From Azolla caroliniana (taxonomy: Eukaryota; Plantae; Polypodiophyta), in the NCBI GenBank assembly GCA_043228905.1, contig JBHGNT010000011.1:5766001-5830000 (forward strand): a stretch of DNA of 64,000 nucleotides, read 5' to 3'. The stretch's first letter is position 1, and the number at the start of each line of letters is the position of its first letter. The position numbers were made by a program, and so were the translations under genes. Of this stretch, positions 24,786 to 35,406 are shown piece by piece. The notes under the pieces were generated by a model. The model searched no databases and was not told the origin of the DNA. It worked only from the letters and a program-made list of their open reading frames with translations.

Positions 24786-24989
24786 TGTATGTATATGCAT
24801 ATATATAGGTATGTATGTATGTATGTATGTATGTATGTATGTATGTATACACTATACTGTATACATATGTGCATATATGTATTGTATGTATGTGTGCATG
24901 TATGTATACACTATACATATGCGCTATACATACATATATGTATTGTATGTGTGTATGTATTGTATGTGTGTGTGTGTGTGTATGTATTG
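24786..24989. repeat. Compound (TATG)/(TG)/(TA) microsatellite upstream of GPN1; continues at ~30792-30830 beyond the MULE
   Basis: Direct reading. Confidence 0.9.
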
Positions 24990-25492
24990 TGTCATAATAG
25001 ACACATCGGTGTGGCTCGTGTCTATTCTGCATCAAATCATAAAGAGGGTTGGTGAGGGAATCGCGGCCACAGACGGTGTAGGTCGCTTAGAGGAAGGCGC
25101 GTGCGATCTACACCGTCAGATTTCGATAAGGAAGAACGCGCGAAAAAAAAAGTTGTCAGAGGTCACCCAACTCTAACTGTTGCAAGTCGCCCAACCGATT
25201 GGTCGCCCAACCAAATGTATCATTTCGACCAAAATCTTCAAATAAGCTTGTTCATTACCCTTAAAACTTACAATAACATATCAAACGGTCACAAAATCCA
25301 ACCTTAAATTATTCAAAATCGACGATCTTTACCATACTTATGTTAAAACAAATAATCATATTAAAACATAAAAGTTAAAAGTTAAAAAACTTAAAACTTA
25401 AAATAGAGAACGTAAATCCACTTTAAACACTGTAAACCTAAATCAAAGGATGACATACTTGAAACATGAAACTTAAAACATAAATCAACATA

Positions 25493-25911
25493 CCCGTGAT
25501 GTGTTGGTGTAATGGTAATGGGGGGACACTCCAACCGCTAGGTTGGAGGTTCGAGTCTCCCCGCACCAGCATGAATGTGGTACCTAAAAAGTGCAGTTTG
25601 TGTTCGTAAGTGGCGACAACGCAGATGGTGACGGTGAAGGGCGGTTTGTGCCTGTAAGTGACGGTGACAACAATGATGGTTTCGACGATGAAGAAGGTAA
25701 AATGTAGCATGTCTACATGATGGAACGTGGTGCGAGTCTCATCATATCTCCTAGAGGTCATCTTGTGCATGTATCTCACTTGTACCATTCTGTACACCCC
25801 TTGATGGACTATGTATTGCTAATAAAACATGACTTCGTGTGAGTTGTAGCCTTCGGGCGAGCCAAAGATAAAAAAAAATACTAAAGTAGTATCTCTAAAA
25901 AATTAAAAAAT
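25493..25911 (+). mobile_element. Putative tRNA-derived SINE nested in the MULE
   Basis: A-box TGGTGTAATGG (~25505), B-box GGTTCGAGTC (~25548), A-rich tail 25870-25910, 17-bp flanking direct repeat AAACATAAATCAACATA (25476-25492, 25912-25928). Confidence 0.7.
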
Positions 25912-26086
25912 AAACATAAATCAACATATGACATACTCCCAAATGCACTCATAAATCCACTTTAAACATTGTAAACCCAAATGCACCGGTCCGCAAAACC
26001 ACTCAAGCTATGTTTATGGCTCATCCGAAGATGATGACAAGATGCGACCACAATTCTTGCAACAATCAACATTTGAGTCCCTTGAT

Positions 26087-27590
26087 CTAAAGGTCAAGGC
26101 ATCGCATCTTCTCTGTCGCACATATTGGCAACCGCCTCCTAGCTCGACTTGCACCTCTTTGCATGTTTCCTGTGTGTGCCTTGGAAGTGTTTGGGGAGCT
26201 GCCAATAAGATCTTGTGAAATGTTGATTGATGCTCCCCTTTTTGCACCAATTGCTTGCTTACACCCTATGGATCCACAGTCTTCTTCATTGGTTGGTTTC
26301 GGTGCACCTAGGTGATACACCAGTGTCTAACCTATTTCTTCAATGGACTCCATACATGCCAAAATTGTTGCATAGTCGAGGGATCGTAACCCTTGCCTAA
26401 GACATTGAATAGCCCCCTCAACCGTTTGTATTTTCGACTCCCATTCCTCCATTTGTGATGTTATAGGGTTTGTCTCCTCGACTGGTTCTACCTCTGTCTC
26501 CACTTCCGTCTTTGTGAAATGGTCATTGTGCATATGGGTTGCATGATCTATAAAAGGCAACAACCCACATAGATGTGGCATGTGCCTCTCAATAATCATC
26601 ATGATACCGAGTATATGCTTACATTTACTCGTAAGGTCTTGGCAATCACAATATGAACATTGGAGCGATACATTATACCATACATTCAGTTTTGTCAAGC
26701 TCAATGTTTTAAACCAATATCGGGGCTCATCCACAATATGCATTGTCGCATCATTAGTTTCATACCTCTCTAGTAGCATTTCGGCCTCTTTAAGTCTTGT
26801 TGTTTGATCCCTACAATTTGCACGTGGTGCAAATCTACCACTCTCACATATTTCTTGTCGTTGCTTGTACCATTCAATAACAGTACCCCCGATGCAAGTG
26901 CCAGTTTGACTGTCCCCGATTAAAAAATGCACAAGATCGGTAATTGATCGGTTTATCCTCCCTCTTAAGGCAGTATATTTGATAAACTGCCAATGTCTCT
27001 CCACAAGATTGGTAGTGTCAACATGTCCGTAGTTGAACATTCTACCAAATTTGGGCCACAGTTTCCTCCACACACATGTCAAGCCACACCATCCTCCTTC
27101 TATATATTGCCAAACACATGGCTTGTTTGCATATTCTACCTTTAACTCCTCACATTGGGCATTGAATGTGGATTCCGTAATGCATTGCATGAGTTGGCAC
27201 ATCCGATTATAAAGATGGCTTCTCTCAGTTGCACTTACCATTGGCAACAAGTTGTCCAACCATGCTTTTTTTGCGTGGAAGTGACACAACAAAAGTCGAC
27301 AATGTGTTTGCGACCTTTGCCCATTTGTAACTATCCAAGATAATCGGTCTGTTGCAACCACATTACTTATGGCATTATATGATGTCCAACTTTTATCGAT
27401 GACTATGGCATTTGGCCTCACATTGGGCATCCGTGCGAATATGACTCTCAAGCAAGTTTCTAAAGCTACTTGCTCATGGTTAGACCCCTTATCAGAACTA
27501 CATATCATGTACCATAATGGGATACCAACTCCCATGGCATTTGAGGCCACAACTACATATAATGGCAAGCCAAATTGGTTTGTTTTATGA
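26087..27590 (-). pseudogene. MULE DDE transposase with SWIM zinc finger (N-terminus missing or on separate exons)
   Basis: HKTNQFGLPL, IVIDKS, LLCHFH (CxxH), TTNLVERHW, SWIM CDCQDLTSKCKH; stop at 26327 followed by an in-frame continuation. Confidence 0.88.
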
Positions 27591-27594
27591 CCTG

Positions 27595-27820
27595 GATTAT
27601 GGTTAGGTGACCATATTAAAAGAGGTTGGGCGACCTGGATTATGAGGTTTGGGCAACCTGGTTGGGTGACCATATCAACATAGAATTAATTTTAAGAGGT
27701 TTGGGCAACTTGGTTGGGTCACCATAATAAAAGAGAATTAATTTTAAGAGGTTTGGGCAACCTGGTTGGGTGACCATATCAAAAGAGAATTAATTTTAAG
27801 AGGTTTGGGTAACTTGGTTT
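27595..27820. repeat. Array of GGTTGGGYRACC motifs in ~53-bp tandem units inside the MULE
   Basis: Same motif recurs at 25160-25212, ~30070 and 30340-30640. Confidence 0.85.
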
Positions 27821-27855
27821 ATTACCATTGATGTTTTTTACAAGGGTTGGAAGAT

Positions 27856-28142
27856 AGATTGGTTTAAAACAACTTTTTCAAATCAGCTCTTTCGAAGAGA
27901 TTAGCTTTTTTGCGAATCAATTGGTGTACATTTGAGATTGGTTTAAAACAACAAACCAACTTGAGATAAACAACTTGAGATTGGTTAAAACATCAAATCT
28001 ATTGGAGATCACAACTTGAGAAACTTTTAAAACAGCAAATCAACTTTAGATCACAACTTAGATTGGTTTACAACAGCAAATCAACTTTAGATCACAACTT
28101 GTGATTGGTTTAAAACAACAAATCAACTTGAGATAAACACTT
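27856..28142. repeat. ~40-bp minisatellite (GATTGGTTTAAAACAACAAATCAACTTGAGATCACAACTT-like), about 5-6 copies
   Basis: Direct reading of diverged tandem units. Confidence 0.85.
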
Positions 28143-28402
28143 GTTGTAAACAACATTTCCATTAATACGTAATCACGATATACAATGAGTCGATTCTTGC
28201 TATACAAAATTTGTGTGGATTCCAAAATATAGTTACAACATTAGCTCTATAGCAAAATCTGTGTTGAAAACAACATTCACAAAATTTACAATATGGAGCC
28301 ATCGGTCGCAGGTGCAAATCCTAGTACCCTTCGTGCCCACTCGTCCACATGAATCCGAAGTGAATCCACTTCGCGTTTGGTGAACCACATCTCTGTGCCT
28401 TG

Positions 28403-29025
28403 TCACCAAATATGTATAAGAACACATCTATACACAATCCACATGAATAAGGCATTGCAATTACAGTTACAAAAGTCAAAGATATCCATCCTTGTAAGAA
28501 CTCCCCCACCAGTAGGAATAGAGTTGTACCTCGAAACAACCCTAACCTTCAACTTCCGGATATATGTTTGCCGATTTCTGTTGTACTTGATTTCGGGGCC
28601 CATGAATCTTCTAAGTGATCTCTGACACTCATAGCTATTAAAGCATGCCCCCAGAATACCCTCCTCCTCCTCCTCTATACGCATCCCTCATGGTAGGACT
28701 ATGTCTATTCCATGTTCCCTGTGTAAATGTGATTCCATGTCACTTCTTTTGCGATACCACCTTGGCGAGAGGCGGCAATACTCAGTATAGATACACGCAG
28801 GGGTCTTGTTCCCATTTGCATCTCTTCCAACCTGATACAACGAGTTTGGGCGAGGAGCATCTGTTCCTTCTGTATGTGTTACATATTTAAGATTGACATA
28901 AAGATTGGCATAAAGATTGACATATTGCAACGACACCAAATCCACATACCATTTGGAGGAACATCTTGGTCGAATGTTGCCATGGCATGTATGGGCTCGA
29001 TCTGAGGCGCATGTGTCTGATCCAT
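28403..29025 (-). pseudogene. Spliced ORF with a C2H2-type zinc finger inside the MULE
   Basis: Exon 29025-28950, 80-nt GT-AG intron, exon from 28869 encoding CIYTEYC..WYRKRSDMESHLHREH; one TGA at 28690-28688, then in frame with ORF 28684-28403. Confidence 0.55.
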
Positions 29026-32000
29026 TATGTCCCCACTTGTACACATGTCGGCTGGCGAACTTCACCAATGTCTTCTAACGAAGACCCTTTAACAAATCAC
29101 GAGTTAACATACATGCATCAAACCCTAAACCAATATTAGGGGAGATTGGTTCGTGACATACCTCTCTTGAGTTGGATATATGTCACTGTTATCAAAATCC
29201 CACCAATCTTTGTACTTGGACTTGGAAGCTATCTACCACCATTCAAGTAATCAAACATTTTTTGAATTTAATACTCAAACACACACAATATTAAGTTTAA
29301 GCAAGCAAATCATTAAACCCTAAACCCGAAACCCTAATCCCTCACTTCTAAATCTCCCCATATGTTATATCCTACTTATCATGTTGCAATAATTAGATTA
29401 AGCAGGAATGAGACTCAAATCCCAATGTCCTATAAAATGAGTACTTTTTACATGATTAAGTTTATGTAGGATGAGGCACTAGTCCCTAAAGATGAATAGT
29501 TTTACATTAATTCAAATTTCAACATTTGTCTAAGTTGTAACAATGTCGAATGAAACCCAAAATCCCCCCACAAATGGCTAGTATTTTTCTATAAGTTCAG
29601 CTATAACCTAAGTTTCTAGCAATGCAAATTGAATCCCAAAAAACAAGCAAAAATCATCATCATAGCCCACATTAGGGATGATGGATATTGTACCCCGACG
29701 TGATGAAACACAATTGAATTGTGCATAAAATGCATACATGGAAAAGAAAGATTATTATGGAAAGATGAGAAATATTATTACAAAAATAATGTGAAGAACG
29801 GAGAGATTGTTAATATCCCTATTTTTCCTTGAATCCTCTCAATATTCTGATACAGAATGCTTGAGATTGTGTACAAAGTAACACAAAAACAAAAACAAAT
29901 TAGAGATTTATAAAGAAATACATTAGAAATTTACAAATTAGAGATTTATGAATACAAAATTGTTGCAGAAGTACATGAAAAAAAGAGAGATATTTCTGCT
30001 AAGAAGAGAGAGATTATTGTAAAAACAAACATGAAAAAGAGAGATGATTGAATAAACTTTTATTGAGTTGGTTGGGTGACCAACTCAACCTACTTATCAT
30101 TGTAATCCCTCAACTACTCCAAACCCTAATCCCTCAACTATTCCTACCGCATGTAAAAAAAACAGAAAAAGTGATGTAATAGGGTTTAGTACATACCTAG
30201 GAATAGTGATGGAGGAGATTGATTATTGTGTATGTCGATTGCAGGCCGCTTGATGCCCAACTCTTTCCCGGTAAAAGAAACCTAGCAATCTCGTTTTAAA
30301 AAATGAGAGATAATGACAGGTTTCAGGCTTTTATAGTCATCGGTTGGGTGACCTACATCTTTTATTGAGTTGGTTGGGTGACCAACTCAATATGAACCCT
30401 AAAGTAGTTGGGCAACTTGCTTAAACTGGTCACCCAACCGCTTTAAAAATAAACGGTTGGGCGACATGCATCTTTTATTGAGTTGGTTGGGTGACCAACT
30501 CAATATAAACCCTAAAGCAGTTGGGCAACCTACTTAAACTGGTCACCCAAGTGTTTTAAAAATAAATGGTTGGGCGACCTGCATCTTTTATTGAGTTGGT
30601 TGGGCGACCCTTTTAAAAATATATTTCGGTTGGGCAACCTCTGCACAACTTTATTTTTTGCACCTTCTTCCTTATCGAAATTCGACGGTGCAGATCGCAT
30701 GCGCCTTCTTTGAGCAACCTGCGCCATCTGTGGTCGCGATTCCCTCACCAACCCTCTTTATGATTTGTGTCATAATAGACACGTCGGTGTGTATGTATTG
30801 TATGTATGTATGTGTATGCATACATGCATGTGATTGAGTCCATATATGTAATTTACATAAACATTGACTTTGAGCTATTCATTTACAATATAATCAAACT
30901 TTTTTTTTTTTGCACATTTTCAATTCTGTCAATAACTCTTTTCTTCGAAGTGAGTGAGTGAGTACATGTTGAGCAATCGGCGCCCACCACTAAACCATGA
31001 AATTTCTTTAGACATGAAGATGTCCACGCGTGAACCTCTGACCATTTCCTCTTGTGGAAACTAACCGGCCCACCAATGAGCAAATGGTTTCTTAGAACTG
31101 TCTTCTACTCTCATCGAAAGGGGTTTCTTCACCTACTCTGAAACACGAACCATCGACAAATCTCCATTTGCATGCAACTTAGTGTTTCTGGGAAGCTCGA
31201 CCCGAACATCAACATGTAAACCCCGAATACTAGGACAATAAAATCTATTTCATCATAACCTTGGGTCATTCACCGGCTTGTTGTCATAGATTTTGGTCAC
31301 ATGGTATTTGCACTTTGTTTCGTTGTCATAGTTTTTGGTCACATGGTATTCGCACTTTGTTTTGATATTTATAGCTAATGTTTCTTCTCTCCTAATTATT
31401 TCTCCATTGGTTTTCTTAAGGTCAAGTATCGGTTACTACATTGAGAAAAATCACTCGCTTTGTGCCCTAATCATACTGAAATATAATGCCTTAATTAAAC
31501 TAATTCAATATTCTTAATCAAAGACTAATCCTTGAAGCAATGAATATATGATAATGAGGGTGATGAAGTAAAGTTTATGAATGTAAGCTTAAATAACAAG
31601 AAGGTTGGCATTCATATTTGTTAATATGGTAAACCAACAAACTATACTTGCCTCCTCAAGACACCTAATACGTCTTATAATCACATAATATAATCTGATT
31701 TGGTTTCAAAAAAAGTATAGTCTCTCGTTATCATTTGTAGTACATTGTTCATATGTGATAAGAAACAGAATTTGTACTTTACGTGATGTACTTCTATGAT
31801 GTGGAGCTCGACCCATTTCTACCATCCCCAAATGTCTCGCCATCTCAATCTCATTCTCACTTGTAATAAACTCACTCTTTGTTACCTCAAAGTATAAGAA
31901 GATAAACACAACCTTAAAAAAATCTTCTTCAAAGGCAACTTGTTGTCATGGCTCTAGCTTATTATCACAATACGATACTAACAAAATCATAGAGCTTAAA

Positions 32001-33056
32001 TATAGCACTTGTAATAAAACTTTGTGATTTTTTTCGTAAATCCATGTTCATGAACTTTTTAAGGATCAAAGTATCATATTCTAGCTATTTATTAAGGAAA
32101 TTGTTTTAAATAAATATTATATAGCTTTTAGTAATACCTTTAACTATGTATCGCGATTAATCTGATCAAAATCGTCCCTAATACATCCTAATCAACTTAT
32201 TATATGTGATATAGAAATAATTGAATGGCAACACAAGGCCTGCTTTCTTATATTGTATAGGAACTCTATCATTAGGGTTATAAATTAGGAATACAAATAT
32301 GTGAATTGATTGGAATTTTCATAAGATAATATCATGCCATAACATAATCTCATAATTACTCCCACACCATTGAGTCATTCAAATTTCCTTATATTGATTT
32401 GCCTTATTGTATCAAATGTGTAATTCTACCGAACCATATTGAATCCAAGTTTAGTATTACTTAAATAGATATAAGTTAGTCCACACTATAGGCAATCCAT
32501 TTGTTACTACCATCTTAGAAACATACACTTTCATGCATTTTTCTTTATCTATATGTAGGCAGTCTCTTGAGTGAAAGCAACAATCATTGAAGGGAACACT
32601 ACTCCATTCCATTGTTTAACATCTCAACCATAATTCCATAACCACATCAATACTTTCCACTCAACTTTTTGAGAGATCAATTCGCTTCATGCTTGGTCTT
32701 TTGGTTTCATTTGGTATCAATTACACCGTTCTTGTGCGAATGTTGTTAAATTAAGTCTAAGATTGGGTTCTCCCATTATACTCTTTGCATTTTCAAACCA
32801 ACATCCATTTCAAATATGCTAATGGTGTGTACATTTCAAATGACTCATTGACATTGGTGATGGCTGAGCCTCGATCGAGGTGTGTTGTTTGTTGCACGCG
32901 GACCTGGGAAAGAGCCGACATGGGCATCTGAAGGAGGTGACGATAACTTAACTGGGTCCTGGGTCGTGCGGCGAAAGGGAAGCCCTCAATGTGTTGTGTG
33001 TTACAGAGTGGGGATCTATAGAAATAGAGGTAATGGGGGTGATATATGTATTTGTA

Positions 33057-33069
33057 ATGTATGTATGTA

Positions 33070-33130
<61 letters not shown>

Positions 33131-33213
33131 GTGTGTATGTATGTATGTATGTATGTATGTGTATGTGTATGTGTGTACGTACGTACGTACGTATGTATGT
33201 ATATGTATGTATG

Positions 33214-33245
<32 letters not shown>

Positions 33246-33280
33246 TTTTGTAATGTATGTGTATGTATGTATATGTGTCT
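33057..33280. repeat. (TGTATG)n/(TATG)n microsatellite upstream of TML, followed by GA/GAA repeats at ~33385-33475
   Basis: Direct reading. Confidence 0.95.
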
Positions 33281-33486
33281 GTCTGTCTGTATTTATGTTA
33301 CGCATGAATGGGAAACAAAACACAGAGAGACAGAGAGAGAGGTCTGCAGATCTGAGCCTGCCCTCTGAGATCTGATAGAGGGAGGAAAGAAGAGACAGAG
33401 ACAGAGACAGAGACATAGAAGAAGAAGAAGAAGAAGAAGGAAGAAGAAGAAGAAGAAGAAGAGAGAGGGAGGGAGAGCGACCAGAT

Positions 33487-35406
33487 ATGGCTTGCTTAGC
33501 TCTTTCCTTGCAGCCAGTCAATGGTCCAGACATTCTGTTGCAAACACGAGAATGGTTCCCTCCAGCGAGAGCTCTGATCGCCTCTTCCAAGTTCAGGGAA
33601 AAACGCTCATCTTCATCATCATCATCATCATCACCGTCGCCATCGTCGGAAGTCAGCATAGCTATGGCAGAAGGCCTGGGGGATGATGCCCTTGCGGCCT
33701 CGGGCGGCCAAGTCATCGTCGGTAAGGAAAGCAAATTTAGGGTTTTCTATCGCTTAGTTAACACGATATATGTACTCGGGATTGCGAGCGTAGAGCAACA
33801 GGGAGAAGAGATCCACGCAAATGCATTCCAATGCGCGGGTATAGTAAATCAAGCTGTGAGTGTTCTTGTGGCTGTGTGTAAAGGTGTCGACGTGACCCCT
33901 GATAAGCTTCTTCGGAAGTATACTGAGATCTACTTAGCCCTAGATATGGTCTTAAGAGGTGTTGGTGCCACTCGCTTAGCTTCGATCCTAGCGTCTATCC
34001 AGGGTGAAGGTGTACCTCACTTGGTGTTATCTGCCATTGATGCGGAGAATCGCGCACGTGGATCGGATAGTTGGAATGTTGTCAAAGGTCAAGCTACGGA
34101 GCATCTAGCCAACATTGATGTGCTCTCTTCGGCAACTTTCGAGCTTCCTGAGGAGACGATCGCTGCGGGAGATGAGGTTGTGGCTACCATCACCACCACC
34201 ACACAAACATCAGGGTCTGGTACACAAATGATGATTGAAGAAAAGAAGAATACTCCGGAAAGTGGTGATGAAGATCCGTTTGCGATGAGCGATAAGATCA
34301 ATCGCCCCGAAGAACTCGCAGGAGGGTTTAAGAAAAGCAAAGAGCCTTCAGATCTAACACTGGCTCTTGCAGATATCGAAGTACCTAAACCGACTGCCAA
34401 TATCGCTTTGAGTTTGTCTGGAGTTGAGGGTTTCGAAGGAGATTATGGAGGGCTCGACTTTGAAGAAGAAAACATTGCCTTTGGTGGTGCTTTCGAAGGA
34501 GAGGATGGACCTTTCGGTGGAGGATTGGATGCAATATCATTTGGGGCAGTGGTAGAATCTCCACTTGAGAAAGGATTAGGTGGTCTTGAAGAATTGCAAA
34601 TCGGAGGAAAATCGGTGCCCAAAGTGGCTGATGAGGCCAAAAAACCCGATTCCTCTGTGCAGGAGCTTGTAATTGATGATAAACAAGGCAAGCCGATGCT
34701 TTATCTTTCTGAGGAGGTGTTTGCTGAGTTCAAAGGCTCGAAGCTTCGGCGAATTGGCTTACAAGGAACACTCTATGTGGATTATCATGGAACCCAAGAT
34801 ACTTCTTTTGCATTCCGATTGGACGGAGGGGCAGGCATCCGAAGAGCCATTCTCCGAAACTCATCTGCAAGCTCGTTAGGAAAGAACCTCTTTCATGTCC
34901 GAACTTCGGCATTGAAAGAACCTCTACCTATCATGAGGTATCGTCTACACCCTCGGTATACCCCATTGCCTATTCGGATTCGCCTCTTGACACGCCATAG
35001 TGGCTCCTTGATGTCGTTTATGATTCAATACATTGCCAACCCTTTCTTGCCCTCTCCTCTCAAAGGGGTCACATTCATCGTGTCACTGTCATATGTTCCA
35101 TCGCTATTGAAAATGTCTCCCAAGGGTACGCTTCATAGACACAGCAAAGAAATCCGATGGCTTATTGAGGAGGTTCCTTTGCAGGGTCCTCCAGGATGCC
35201 TTCGGGCCCAAATGCCTTTAGAATTGGAGGATGAAAATGGAGATAAAAAGTCAGGCGATAGAAAGATTAGATTGGAAGCTCGAGTGGAGTTCTCCGATAA
35301 AGGGAAGACTTTATCTGGCTTATCTCTTTTACCTGGTACAGAAGGGAATGCCGATTTCTTGGTTGGAATCCATAGTTTCAAAGCTGCCGACTATTCTTGC
35401 TCGTAA
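33487..35406 (+). CDS. TML: TPLATE complex muniscin-like subunit (N-terminal longin-like region, C-terminal mu-homology domain), intronless, 639 aa
   Basis: N-terminus MACLALSLQPVNGPDILLQTREWFPPARAL, GDDALAASGGQVIVGKES and CKGVDVTPDKL match the Arabidopsis TML family from memory; acidic GG-rich linker; mu-homology-like C-terminus. Confidence 0.9.
   Translation: MACLALSLQPVNGPDILLQTREWFPPARALIASSKFREKRSSSSSSSSSPSPSSEVSIAMAEGLGDDALAASGGQVIVGKESKFRVFYRLVNTIYVLGIASVEQQGEEIHANAFQCAGIVNQAVSVLVAVCKGVDVTPDKLLRKYTEIYLALDMVLRGVGATRLASILASIQGEGVPHLVLSAIDAENRARGSDSWNVVKGQATEHLANIDVLSSATFELPEETIAAGDEVVATITTTTQTSGSGTQMMIEEKKNTPESGDEDPFAMSDKINRPEELAGGFKKSKEPSDLTLALADIEVPKPTANIALSLSGVEGFEGDYGGLDFEEENIAFGGAFEGEDGPFGGGLDAISFGAVVESPLEKGLGGLEELQIGGKSVPKVADEAKKPDSSVQELVIDDKQGKPMLYLSEEVFAEFKGSKLRRIGLQGTLYVDYHGTQDTSFAFRLDGGAGIRRAILRNSSASSLGKNLFHVRTSALKEPLPIMRYRLHPRYTPLPIRIRLLTRHSGSLMSFMIQYIANPFLPSPLKGVTFIVSLSYVPSLLKMSPKGTLHRHSKEIRWLIEEVPLQGPPGCLRAQMPLELEDENGDKKSGDRKIRLEARVEFSDKGKTLSGLSLLPGTEGNADFLVGIHSFKAADYSCS

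Larger units (their letters stand above)
24990..30791 (-). mobile_element. Mutator-like (MULE) DNA transposon, about 5.8 kb, inserted in a microsatellite
   Basis: ~140-bp inverted repeats at 25033-25171 and 30629-30767 (first 33 bp identical); MULE/SWIM transposase; candidate 9-bp TSD TATGTATTG at 24981-24989 and 30792-30800 (ambiguous in simple repeat). Confidence 0.88.

Noticed and set aside
24454-25176. ORFs rich in HT/YI/CM/VC dipeptides (also 32793-33375 and 456-743)
   Set aside because: Translations of microsatellites; only 24552-24747 is a real exon.
27595-28142. Repeat arrays superficially like CRISPR
   Set aside because: Eukaryotic context, no unique spacers, no cas genes; these are ordinary tandem repeats inside a transposon.
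29315-29345. Telomere-like AAACCCT motifs
   Set aside because: Only a few degenerate units, common in plant transposons; not an interstitial telomere.
31281-31362. 41-bp tandem duplication (and a 48-bp one at ~19690-19790)
   Set aside because: Simple local duplications with no further structure.
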